In this document: piece after piece, positions 47,001 to 53,754 of the stretch
Position numbering within the stretch: position 1 is the first letter of the stretch
Layout: the number at the start of each line of letters is the position of its first letter
Assembly: GCA_964449775.1 (NCBI GenBank)
Contig: CAYVBQ010000010.1
Span: forward strand, 13,654-77,653
Direction of reading: 5' to 3'
Source: an uncultured Melioribacter sp.
GTDB lineage: Bacteria > Bacteroidota > Ignavibacteria > Ignavibacteriales > Melioribacteraceae
DNA length: 64,000 bases
Made by a program: the position numbers and the translations under genes
Notes under the pieces: model-generated
Database searches by the model: none
What the model saw: only the letters and a program-made list of their open reading frames with translations
What the model was told of the DNA's origin: nothing

Positions 47001-47928
47001 TATTCCTATTGAAGAGCGGAATGAGGATGTTCTCAACACAGTTGAACTGATAGATATTAACGAAGTCCTAAATCGTGACGTTGAAGCGAAACAATTTGAT
47101 GTTCAAGGCGACCCGCTCAAATTACAAGAATACATTGATGAGTTGAATAAACTCATCGGATTAGAAAATGTTAAACAAGATATTTATAAACTAATCAGCT
47201 TTGCCAAGATATCACAACTTAAAAAAGAACGTGGATTACATTCTGTAGAACGTAATTTGCATTCTATCTTCATCGGCAATCCGGGAACCGGTAAGAAATC
47301 AGTTGCCAAACTTATGAGCAAAATATTTAAAGAGTTAGGGATTCTTCAAAAAGGTCATATTGTTGAAGTTGACCGTTCGGATTTGGTTGCAGGATATCAA
47401 GACCAGACAGGCATAAAGACTGATAAAATAATTCAACAAGCACTTGAAGGAACTCTTCTTGTAAATGATGCGCATAATTTATTTTTTGAAGAGAATACAT
47501 TTGGACAAGAAGCGATTGAAATTATTTTGAAAAGAATGCAGGACTATAAAGGGAAAATATTTGTTATTCTTGCCGGCTCAAACGAAGAGATGAAAAACGT
47601 GCTTAAAAATAATTCAGGATTATCCACTTATTTTCCTAATATATTTTATTTTGAAGATTATTCTCCTATGCAGCTTCTTTGCATCGTGGCCGATATTGCA
47701 GAAAAGAACGGCTACACTCTCGATGAAGGAGCTCTTCAGGAATTATTGGATAAATTTGAACATCACAACACCTTGATAGAGAAAAAATATCAGAATGGTA
47801 TTCTTGCTAAAAATATTCTCTACTCTGCAATCACAAATCAAGAAGAGAGAATATTCAATATTTATGAACAAGAAGATGTTGATTTGAAAACCATCATTCT
47901 GGAAGATGTTCAAAGAATTAAAAGTTAA
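44047..47928 (+). CDS. TPR protein with three tandem CbbX/SpoVK-type AAA+ modules (1293 aa)
   Basis: N-terminal TPR-like helices are followed by three units of about 287 aa. Each unit opens with L..L..L.GL...K and carries GNPGTGK (nt 45554-45580, 46408-46434, 47275-47301). Walker B is LFVDEAY, LFIDEAY, then LLVNDAH in unit 3. It has a TTG start. Confidence 0.88.
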   Translation: MLDEELNTLQSEAYDHLWNGRFRLALNCAEKVYQSRPDDSEAAICYAWALLENGNPMKAMDYANLSVELKGDSIKARVYRAYLLYRMSIFEGAIADTDQSIDKQKEILAWTYLNRSKSFAGLQKFEEAGSAIELALIIDNGKNPSWKEMREWLNLANQIYTGKKQISSKNIHGILETANKAIKAKEYWFSLFCARKVLEKIKSEEAELVELESMLYLFQLKPALKKAESLINKFRKNERFNSIHNALKKFSQLEQEYDIHTEPLQKSTRELARSSTTVSDAPYKTDSIHYPNEFVEINSLKLYDAIEESRTGSRKYLKGFGKSVRKVAAEIIFNNPFFKDADKIFSCSVVWYLNDFEIGRNDFQMNVRSDWDSVIFVQTLGSENSDFMKSGQARFEFYVNNFKCGEKYFGIGSHTILETDEKRITPQIKTDQKQPEQQSTKIRQPRTTKSLKELLEELDSFTGLDSIKEAVKSFVSYLEFLKDRKRLGLKAEDKIAINAVFLGNPGTGKTTVARMLGDIFFAMGILPNGHVVEVDRSALVGQYIGETAQKTEKVISDSIGGVLFVDEAYTLIKKGGGQDFGQEAIDILLKRMEDRKGEFVVIAAGYPEEMESFLNSNPGLKSRFTQTFVFEDYSPDELIIIFKQLLKREDYAITSQAEELLKKEFISLYRGRDKTFGNARLARKLFDEAKRNLSKFCLALPEEKRTKELITTFTEEVIKATLTRRTSQAVILPINEEALNEALKELNSLVGLDNLKKEVNDMVKLARYFNEQGEDIKKVFNEHILFLGNPGTGKTTVARIFGRIYSALAILSKGHIVETDRQGLVAGYVGQTAEKTTVMIDKSLGGMLFIDEAYALVKSNDSGSDFGKEAIDILLKRMEDDRGKFIVISAGYTDEMLRFVASNPGIQSRFSKSFTFEDYSSSELLEIAHRSLNREKKKISKEAEDRLKKHFEELYKNRDKKFGNARIVRNILDSVKQKMLLRLSDIPIEERNEDVLNTVELIDINEVLNRDVEAKQFDVQGDPLKLQEYIDELNKLIGLENVKQDIYKLISFAKISQLKKERGLHSVERNLHSIFIGNPGTGKKSVAKLMSKIFKELGILQKGHIVEVDRSDLVAGYQDQTGIKTDKIIQQALEGTLLVNDAHNLFFEENTFGQEAIEIILKRMQDYKGKIFVILAGSNEEMKNVLKNNSGLSTYFPNIFYFEDYSPMQLLCIVADIAEKNGYTLDEGALQELLDKFEHHNTLIEKKYQNGILAKNILYSAITNQEERIFNIYEQEDVDLKTIILEDVQRIKS

Positions 47929-47952
47929 CTCACCATTATATCCCAATGCTTT

Positions 47953-48678
47953 ATGCTAGAATTAATAGATCTCGGTAAAAAATTTGGGAACTTCACAGCT
48001 GTAAATAAAATCAACTTAAAGGTTGGCAAAGGTGAGTTGTTTGGATTTCTTGGACCGAATGGCGCCGGTAAAACAACCACAATGAAGATGATTGCCGGTC
48101 TTCTATCTCCATCTAATGGAAATATTTTACTAGATAATGCGGATGTCTGGAAGAATCCAATCGAATCAAAAATGAAAATTGGATACATACCGGATCAACC
48201 TTTCCTTTATGATAAACTATCAGGTCGTGAATTTCTTTATTTCAGTGGCGGATTATATAATCTCTCTAAAAATATAATCAGTGAAAAAATTAACGAGCTG
48301 ATTGAACAGTTAAAGATTGGTAGTTGGATTGACAAACGAACTGAAGAATATTCACAAGGGATGAGACAGCGAATTGTAATAGCATCGGCTTTATTACATA
48401 AGCCGGAATTTCTAATAGTAGATGAACCCATGATTGGCTTAGATCCTCAAAGTGCGTTCGATGTTAAAAACTTATTCAGGGCTAAAATAAAAAGCGGAAC
48501 TACCATATTCATGTCAACACATAGCTTAAATGTTGTAGATGAGATTTGTACACACGTTGCAATAATCAACAAAGGCAATATAATATACCAAGATACAATT
48601 GAAGTTCTCGATAGAATGAAACTAAGTCAGAATCACAATCTTGAGGATCTCTTCATACAGCTTACAAATGAAGAGTGA
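47953..48678 (+). CDS. ABC transporter ATP-binding protein
   Basis: It carries Walker A GPNGAGKTT, the signature YSQGMRQR and Walker B LIVDEP. It starts 24 nt after the AAA gene. Confidence 0.92.
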   Translation: MLELIDLGKKFGNFTAVNKINLKVGKGELFGFLGPNGAGKTTTMKMIAGLLSPSNGNILLDNADVWKNPIESKMKIGYIPDQPFLYDKLSGREFLYFSGGLYNLSKNIISEKINELIEQLKIGSWIDKRTEEYSQGMRQRIVIASALLHKPEFLIVDEPMIGLDPQSAFDVKNLFRAKIKSGTTIFMSTHSLNVVDEICTHVAIINKGNIIYQDTIEVLDRMKLSQNHNLEDLFIQLTNEE

Positions 48679-48735
48679 AGAATGAAGAATGTAGAATGAT
48701 GAACGAAGAGTGATGAACGAAGAGCGTAGAGTAAA

Positions 48736-50427
48736 ATGAAACAAATTATTCACATCCTCAAATACAAGCTAATTGCATTTATCAGGTATGAATCCAAAAT
48801 TACTTTCACAAATGTTGTTAAAAACGTTGCGAGCAGTTTGATCTTCATCGCTTTTGCCGCCGGGGTTTATTTATTCGTCCAAAAATTTATTTATTTCCTT
48901 CTTGTTGATATCAAAGTAGGTCTTTTCCTTCTCCACGAATTCATCTCTATGATACTTTTCATCTTTTTCATTACGGTCAACCTCGGTAACATTATTGTCT
49001 CGTATTCAACACTTTACAAATCAAACGAAGTGAACTATTTACTGACCAAACCTATCATACCACTAAAGATATTCGCAATTAAATTTATGGATAATTTTTT
49101 CTACAGTTCTTCAACACTTATTATGATTCTTTTCTCTCTGCTAGCAGGGTATGTGGTTTATTTCAAATTGAGCTTAGGTGCTTTTCTTATTCTTGTTATG
49201 AATTTTATTCCGTTTATTGTGAGCGCTGGTTCTCTTGGAGTCATTATTCTTTTGATACTTATTCGATTAGCTAGCAGTTTTGGTATCAAGAAAATTATTT
49301 ATAGTCTTATCACATCATACATTTTGATAATTGTATTCTTTTTTAGAGTTAACTCGCCAAAATTATTAGTTGAGAATGTTTTAAAATATTATCCCTATGC
49401 GGTAATAAAAGACAATTATCTTGGAGAATTGATAACACCTGTACTTAAATATCTTCCTAATAACTGGCTTGCTCAAGCAGGCTATTGGATGATTCGAGGC
49501 GATTTATCGAGCTCGCTTTCTTTTCTCTTTTTTCAAGTTGCACTGTCTATCATTCTCTTTTCTGCTGCCATGTATCTTGGTCATCGCTGGTATTTCAATA
49601 CCTGGCTGCTTAATCAAAAACTCATTTCAGATATTTCATTTTCTCGAAAAGAAAAAAAATCATTTTTCTCCTTTCAGAATAAGTCTTTATTTAATTCTCA
49701 ACCGGAAGCAATAATAAAACGAGACCTATTAATGTTCATCCGGGAACCCAGTCAGGTTATTCATTTTCTAATTCTACTATTTCTGATTGTTGTATTTATT
49801 ACGAGCGTCTCCGGTATTAAGTTCGTTGGACTTGGAAATTTTTATCTACAAACTATGATTTACATCGCAATATTTCTTTTTAATCTACTTTTCATCTCTA
49901 CTTTGTCGTTAAGATTTATTTTCCCATTAATCAGTTTGGAAGGTCAATCATTTTGGAAGATAAAATCATCTCCGATTCATCATACTGCATTCATGCGACA
50001 TAAACTTTTAGTATCTAGCTCATTCATTTTTATCATCGGTCTCGGCTTAAGTTTCTTCTCCAATTACAGATTTGGTTTTGTCTTGACCACATTTTCGATG
50101 GCTACTACTCTTTTATCTGCAATGGCTATTGTATCTATCAATTTTGGAATGGGCGGGTTGTATGCAAACTATAAAGAGAAGAATGCAATTAGATTGTCTT
50201 CATCGCAAGGTGCTTCACTTTCTTTCCTGCTGAATATTGTCTTTATGTTATTTCTTGTAATTGTTCTCTTCCGACCATTAAGCACATTGTTCTTATCAAT
50301 AATGATCAAGAAACAATTTGTGCTTTACACGTTTTATTGGACATTAATTCCTATCAGCATAGTTTCGATAATTCTTATCATCACATTTCTCAAGATCGCA
50401 AAGAATTCTATTCAAAAAGATTTCTAA
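48736..50427 (+). CDS. large polytopic membrane protein, putative ABC exporter permease
   Basis: A 563-aa protein with about 12 hydrophobic segments in two halves. It sits directly downstream of the ABC ATPase. Confidence 0.75.
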   Translation: MKQIIHILKYKLIAFIRYESKITFTNVVKNVASSLIFIAFAAGVYLFVQKFIYFLLVDIKVGLFLLHEFISMILFIFFITVNLGNIIVSYSTLYKSNEVNYLLTKPIIPLKIFAIKFMDNFFYSSSTLIMILFSLLAGYVVYFKLSLGAFLILVMNFIPFIVSAGSLGVIILLILIRLASSFGIKKIIYSLITSYILIIVFFFRVNSPKLLVENVLKYYPYAVIKDNYLGELITPVLKYLPNNWLAQAGYWMIRGDLSSSLSFLFFQVALSIILFSAAMYLGHRWYFNTWLLNQKLISDISFSRKEKKSFFSFQNKSLFNSQPEAIIKRDLLMFIREPSQVIHFLILLFLIVVFITSVSGIKFVGLGNFYLQTMIYIAIFLFNLLFISTLSLRFIFPLISLEGQSFWKIKSSPIHHTAFMRHKLLVSSSFIFIIGLGLSFFSNYRFGFVLTTFSMATTLLSAMAIVSINFGMGGLYANYKEKNAIRLSSSQGASLSFLLNIVFMLFLVIVLFRPLSTLFLSIMIKKQFVLYTFYWTLIPISIVSIILIITFLKIAKNSIQKDF

Positions 50428-50432
50428 TTATT

Positions 50433-50494
50433 AACTGTGTGAATCCGTTAGACCTGCCCGACCGCAGGCGGGTCTGTTAAATCTGCGTGCTATT
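50433..50494 (+). repeat. short member of the CTGTGTNAATCCGTT ... AATC[C/T]GCGT[T/G]CTATTA element family
   Basis: Its termini match those of the 86-nt elements at 51795 and 56250. The interior is replaced by the hairpin GACCTGCCCGACCGCAGGCGGGTC. Confidence 0.55.
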
Positions 50495-50508
50495 AATTAT
50501 ACAGGATC

Positions 50509-50971
50509 GTCATTGCGAGCGGCACTTTAGCGTCAACTTAACTCATAATTACAAAGAGGAAAGACAGGTGAAAATATTGATGAGCAATAAAAACAGCAAT
50601 TATTTGTTAATCCTCTACGAGGAGTATTGAGGATTTTTTGATTTTTTTTACTACAATAATGTGACCCTGCCTGCCGGCAGAAACTGTTGCAGAACTAAAA
50701 AATTACGATTTACTTCGTGTCCCTTCGTGAAAAAACCTTCGTGGTTCTTCGTGAAAGGATTTTTTGTTACACGGAGTTACACGAAGAAGGATCGAAGTTA
50801 CACGAAGAAAGAGTTGTGCAACACGCTCGGCAGGCAGGCTCTACGAGGTCATTGTTAGCGGAACATCGTAGATGTTCAATTTTTGTAGAATGAAAGAAAC
50901 ACACAATAAACATCCTCGTAGAGGATGAATAAGAGCTTCGTCTCCGGCAACCGCCGGATTCTCGCAATGAC
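50509..50971. repeat. nested REP/hairpin array
   Basis: The outer 11-bp IR is GTCATTGCGAG (50509-50519) / CTCGCAATGAC (50961-50971). The inner 11-bp IR is CCTGCCTGCCG (50666-50676) / CGGCAGGCAGG (50828-50838). It encloses arms of repeated TTCGTG and CACGAA. A small hairpin CATCCTC-GTA-GAGGATG lies at 50911-50927. Confidence 0.75.
50609..50650 (+). terminator. possible intrinsic terminator for the ABC operon
   Basis: The stem AATCCTC..GAGGATT is followed by TTTTTGATTTTTTTT. Confidence 0.45.
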
Positions 50972-50977
50972 AAATAA

Positions 50978-51778
50978 TTATTTTGTTGTAATCAATGGGG
51001 CGGTATATAATTTTTCCCTCATATAACCGGCAATCATCAATGTTGATCTTCTTGTTATAAACCTTGGTATAACCGAAATAACTTTATTGTAGAATCCGTC
51101 CACAACGCTCGGTCTTCTGCCTAAGTTTCTCATAGCAGTATTCACAACTTCTTCAACTGTTCTCGGAATTGGTCCGGCTGAAGTATTTGCTACCTTCTGA
51201 AACTCCGTATCAGTTCCGCCGGGATTAAGTGTGAGAACATCAATGTTATATTTTCTTAATTCGTACCAGAGTCCTTCACCCATAAAAAGATTGAATGCTT
51301 TTGTGGCGGAATAAGTGGTGGTAAAAGGTGTTGGCAGAAATCCCACAAGACTTCCAAGAAAAATGATTGCACCTTTTTTTCTTTCCTTCATTGATTGGAC
51401 AAAATGATGCGTCAATACTGTTGGTGCAATACAGTTAACACGGATCATATCTGTTTGCTGTTCAACATCACCGTCTCCGAATTCTCCGCTATATCCAAAA
51501 CCGGCATTGTTAATCAGAAGTCCCACTTCCCTATCTTCAACATATTCTTTCAACTCTTTCATGAAATTATCCTTAGAAAGATCAAGAGGAACCACAACAT
51601 TTTTTACACTGTGTTTTTCTTTTAGCTCTTCAGCAAGTTTTTCCAAACGGTCCTTTCTGCGTGCGACTAAGATTAAATTCATCTTTTCAGATGCAAGCCG
51701 TCTGGCGAACTCTTTTCCAATTCCAGAAGATGCGCCTGTTATCAATGCCCAGCTGCCATATTTTTCTTGAAGTGTCAT
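50978..51778 (-). CDS. SDR family oxidoreductase
   Basis: The motifs TGASSGIG, NNAG and YSATKAF are present. I trimmed the start to ATG 51778 (MTLQEKYG) because the upstream ORF extension is a translation of the repeat at 51795-51880. Confidence 0.9.
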   Translation of the reverse strand: MTLQEKYGSWALITGASSGIGKEFARRLASEKMNLILVARRKDRLEKLAEELKEKHSVKNVVVPLDLSKDNFMKELKEYVEDREVGLLINNAGFGYSGEFGDGDVEQQTDMIRVNCIAPTVLTHHFVQSMKERKKGAIIFLGSLVGFLPTPFTTTYSATKAFNLFMGEGLWYELRKYNIDVLTLNPGGTDTEFQKVANTSAGPIPRTVEEVVNTAMRNLGRRPSVVDGFYNKVISVIPRFITRRSTLMIAGYMREKLYTAPLITTK

Positions 51779-51794
51779 TTTTGTTTTCCTTTTG

Positions 51795-51880
51795 ATCTGT
51801 GTTAATCCGTTTACCCCGTGGAATAGCATTTGTGTTTTTGAAACAATTTGATTCTTAATTTATTTCACGGGGTGAATCCG
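51795..51880 (+). repeat. 86-nt dispersed element, copy 1
   Basis: The sequence is ATCTGTGTTAATCCGTTTACCCCGTGGAATAGCATTTGTGTTTTTGAAACAATTTGATTCTTAATTTATTTCACGGGGTGAATCCG. It differs at 2 positions (hand count) from 56250-56335. The internal IR is CCCCGTGGAAT / ATT[T/C]CACGGGG. Confidence 0.9.
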
Positions 51881-51952
51881 CGTTCTATTATTTTTTCTGA
51901 TTGATAAATTAACAAATCATAAGCATATTGAATTAGAATTTTTCGAGGAGTT

Positions 51953-52447
51953 ATGAAAAATAGTTCCCAATCCGATCGTTCCTTCGTTTCTTCTTTTCTT
52001 TTTTACTTTATTTCTTCATTCCTTCTTTTCTTCTTTGCTTCTTTCCTTTTTCCTTCTTCCCTCTCCGCCCAAATTAAAATTGTTACAACACCGGAAGCTC
52101 CAGCGGCAATCGGTCCTTACTCCCAAGCAATTTCTGTCGGTAATTTAGTTTTTTGCTCGGGACAAATTTCTTTGGATCCTGAAACAATGCAAATGGTTGG
52201 CGAAGATATTGAAACACAGACGCGGCAAATATTTAAGAACATACGCGCAGTCTTGAAAGCTGAGGATTTAACTTTGAGCAGTGTTGTTAAGTGCACCGTC
52301 TTTATGAAAAACTTAGATGATTTTGGGAAGATGAATACTATCTATGCTGAGGAATTTGGCACACACAAACCCGCACGTTCAACTGTGCAGGTTGCACGCT
52401 TGCCTAAAGATGCATTGATTGAGATTGAGTGCATTGCAGTGAAATAG
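51953..52447 (+). CDS. ridA: RidA/YjgF family protein with a hydrophobic N-terminal extension of about 40 aa
   Basis: The core IKIVTTPEAPAAIGPYSQA ... ARSTVQVARLPKDALIEIECIAV aligns with RidA. No canonical start codon lies near the core, so the Ser/Phe/Leu-rich leader ending SLSAQ seems to be translated. Confidence 0.8.
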   Translation: MKNSSQSDRSFVSSFLFYFISSFLLFFFASFLFPSSLSAQIKIVTTPEAPAAIGPYSQAISVGNLVFCSGQISLDPETMQMVGEDIETQTRQIFKNIRAVLKAEDLTLSSVVKCTVFMKNLDDFGKMNTIYAEEFGTHKPARSTVQVARLPKDALIEIECIAVK

Positions 52448-52499
52448 TGATTGGTGGTTAGTTGTTGGTGATTAGTGAGTAAAAATATATTTTTGTGAT

Positions 52500-52514
52500 A
52501 TTACATATAGTAAT
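52500..52514 (+). promoter_or_regulatory. palindromic candidate operator upstream of the RHH antitoxin gene
   Basis: ATTAC-ATATA-GTAAT lies 19 nt upstream of the ATG at 52533 and overlaps a TATAGTAAT -10-like box. Confidence 0.3.
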
Positions 52515-52532
52515 ACCGGAGAAAGATAAAAG

Positions 52533-52778
52533 ATGGCTGCTACAACTAAAATTGCAATTTCGATTGATAAAAAGATACTAACTCGTGGCGATAAATTAGT
52601 CGAAAAAAAGATGTTTACTAATCGAAGCAGAGCTATTCAAACTGCAATCGAAGAAAAAATATCAAAACTTGATAAATCTCGATTAGCAATTGAAAGTGAT
52701 AAACTAATTATAGCTGACGAGCAATTATTGTCGGAAGAAAATTCAAAAATGGATTTAGCAGAATGGCCAGATTATTAA
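52533..52778 (+). CDS. ribbon-helix-helix (CopG/MazE-like) antitoxin
   Basis: The N-terminal TKIAISIDKKIL beta-strand is followed by NRSRAIQTAIEE helices. Its stop overlaps the ATG of the toxin remnant. Confidence 0.75.
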   Translation: MAATTKIAISIDKKILTRGDKLVEKKMFTNRSRAIQTAIEEKISKLDKSRLAIESDKLIIADEQLLSEENSKMDLAEWPDY

Positions 52779-52908
52779 GAGGTGACATAGTATAAGAACA
52801 CTCTCGATAAATAGATTAAGCGAAAAAATAACTCATCTTAAAGAAGAAGAACCAAGAATAATCACTATTGCGATCTGTGCAAAGGCAGAAAAAAGAAAAA
52901 ACAATTGA
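52763..52908 (+). pseudogene. mazF/pemK-type toxin remnant with internal deletion and frameshift
   Basis: The ATG at 52763 gives MARLLRGDIV then a stop. A different frame from 52795 reads RTLSINRLSEKITHLKEEEPRIITIAICAKA.., which resembles the MazF C-terminus (..R[TS]ISK.RL.EK.G.L). About 70 central codons are missing. Confidence 0.55.
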
Positions 52909-52913
52909 CTACT

Positions 52914-52986
52914 TTGTTCATAGGTCGTCAAGTATCACTCCTTGACGAGATTAATTGAAATTCGGTCAAGGTATGGACCTTAGCTG
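52914..52986 (+). repeat. 73-bp double-hairpin repeat, copy R1
   Basis: TTGTTCATAGGTCGTCAAG..CTTGACGAG...GGTCAAGGTATGGACCTTAGCTG. Hairpin 1 (TCGTCAAG/CTTGACGA) is perfect and hairpin 2 is degraded. About 63 of 73 positions are identical to R2 (hand count). Confidence 0.8.
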
Positions 52987-53043
52987 AAAAACCGGCATTT
53001 CGATCTTGAGCAGCGGCTTAAAAACAACGCCGCTAGCTGTAAG

Positions 53044-53310
53044 CTATTTGAAAAGTTCGGAGTGTGAACCTGTTCTTTCTAAATACAAAGCGTCGTCTGT
53101 AAGCCGGTAAATCAAGAGCCAATCCGTTCCAATATGGCAATCACGATGGTTTTTCCATTTTCCAACCAGCTTGTGATCTCTATATTTGGGATCTAATGAT
53201 TGTTTGTTTAGAAGTGTTCCAATTATGATTTCAAGTTGAGAAATATTCTTCCCTTGACTCCGGATTTTTTTGAAGTCCTTTTTGAATTGAGAAGAGTATA
53301 TTAGTCTCAA
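53044..53310 (-). CDS. yafQ: type II toxin, YafQ/RelE family mRNA interferase
   Basis: The sequence matches YafQ throughout: FKKDFKK, DHKLVGKWKNHRDCHIGTDWLLIYR, RTGSHSELF. Confidence 0.88.
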   Translation of the reverse strand: MRLIYSSQFKKDFKKIRSQGKNISQLEIIIGTLLNKQSLDPKYRDHKLVGKWKNHRDCHIGTDWLLIYRLTDDALYLERTGSHSELFK

Positions 53311-53567
53311 CTATTAAGTTCCTTGAAAAGTTGGTTTACATCAGAAACTTCGTGAAGCTCTTCACCATTTTCAGACTTACGCAACGTTTCTTCGGTTAAT
53401 TCGTTGGGAATTTTTATTTCAAAAGGTATTCCCTTGGTTAAAGAAACTTGTGTCAAAAAAATGGCAATGGCTTCAGACATCGAGATGTTCAGTTTATTAA
53501 GAATTTTCTGAGCTTTATTCTTTACACTCGGATCAATTCTGGCTTGTATTGTCGCTGTCTTATTCAT
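53307..53567 (-). CDS. dinJ: type II antitoxin, RelB/DinJ family
   Basis: The segment ATIQARIDPSVKNKAQKILNKLNISMSEAIAIFLTQV is typical of DinJ. It overlaps the toxin gene by 4 nt. Confidence 0.88.
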   Translation of the reverse strand: MNKTATIQARIDPSVKNKAQKILNKLNISMSEAIAIFLTQVSLTKGIPFEIKIPNELTEETLRKSENGEELHEVSDVNQLFKELNS

Positions 53568-53586
53568 TTTGCTTCCTCAAATACTA

Positions 53587-53596
53587 TGTAATTACA
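53587..53596. promoter_or_regulatory. 10-bp perfect palindrome TGTAATTACA upstream of dinJ (candidate operator)
   Basis: It lies 20 nt upstream of the dinJ start, with adjacent ATTGTA direct repeats. Confidence 0.3.
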
Positions 53597-53754
53597 ATCG
53601 CAATACAAGTATATGGTTTATTTTGTTTTTTATCAATAACAAATTTACAGCTAACACACCACTGCTAATGAACTTACTCATTCAAGAAGCGGAGTAAGAG
53701 AGAAGCCAGAACGTACAGCTTGTTTTTTTAAATATTTAATACGTTGTTCTTTGA

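Noticed and set aside
47925-48188. 87-aa minus-strand ORF overlapping the ABC ATPase start
   Set aside because: It is antisense to the Walker A region of a canonical ABC ATPase.
50661-50973. Two overlapping opposite-strand ORFs (65 and 68 aa)
   Set aside because: Both are read from the arms of the same long palindrome (TTCGTG/CACGAA, CCTGCCTGCCG/CGGCAGGCAGG).
51779-51829. N-terminal extension of the SDR ORF (MLFHGVNGLTQIKRKTK)
   Set aside because: It is a translation of the 86-nt dispersed repeat. The Rossmann motif follows MTLQEKYG directly, and an AAGGA box precedes ATG 51778.
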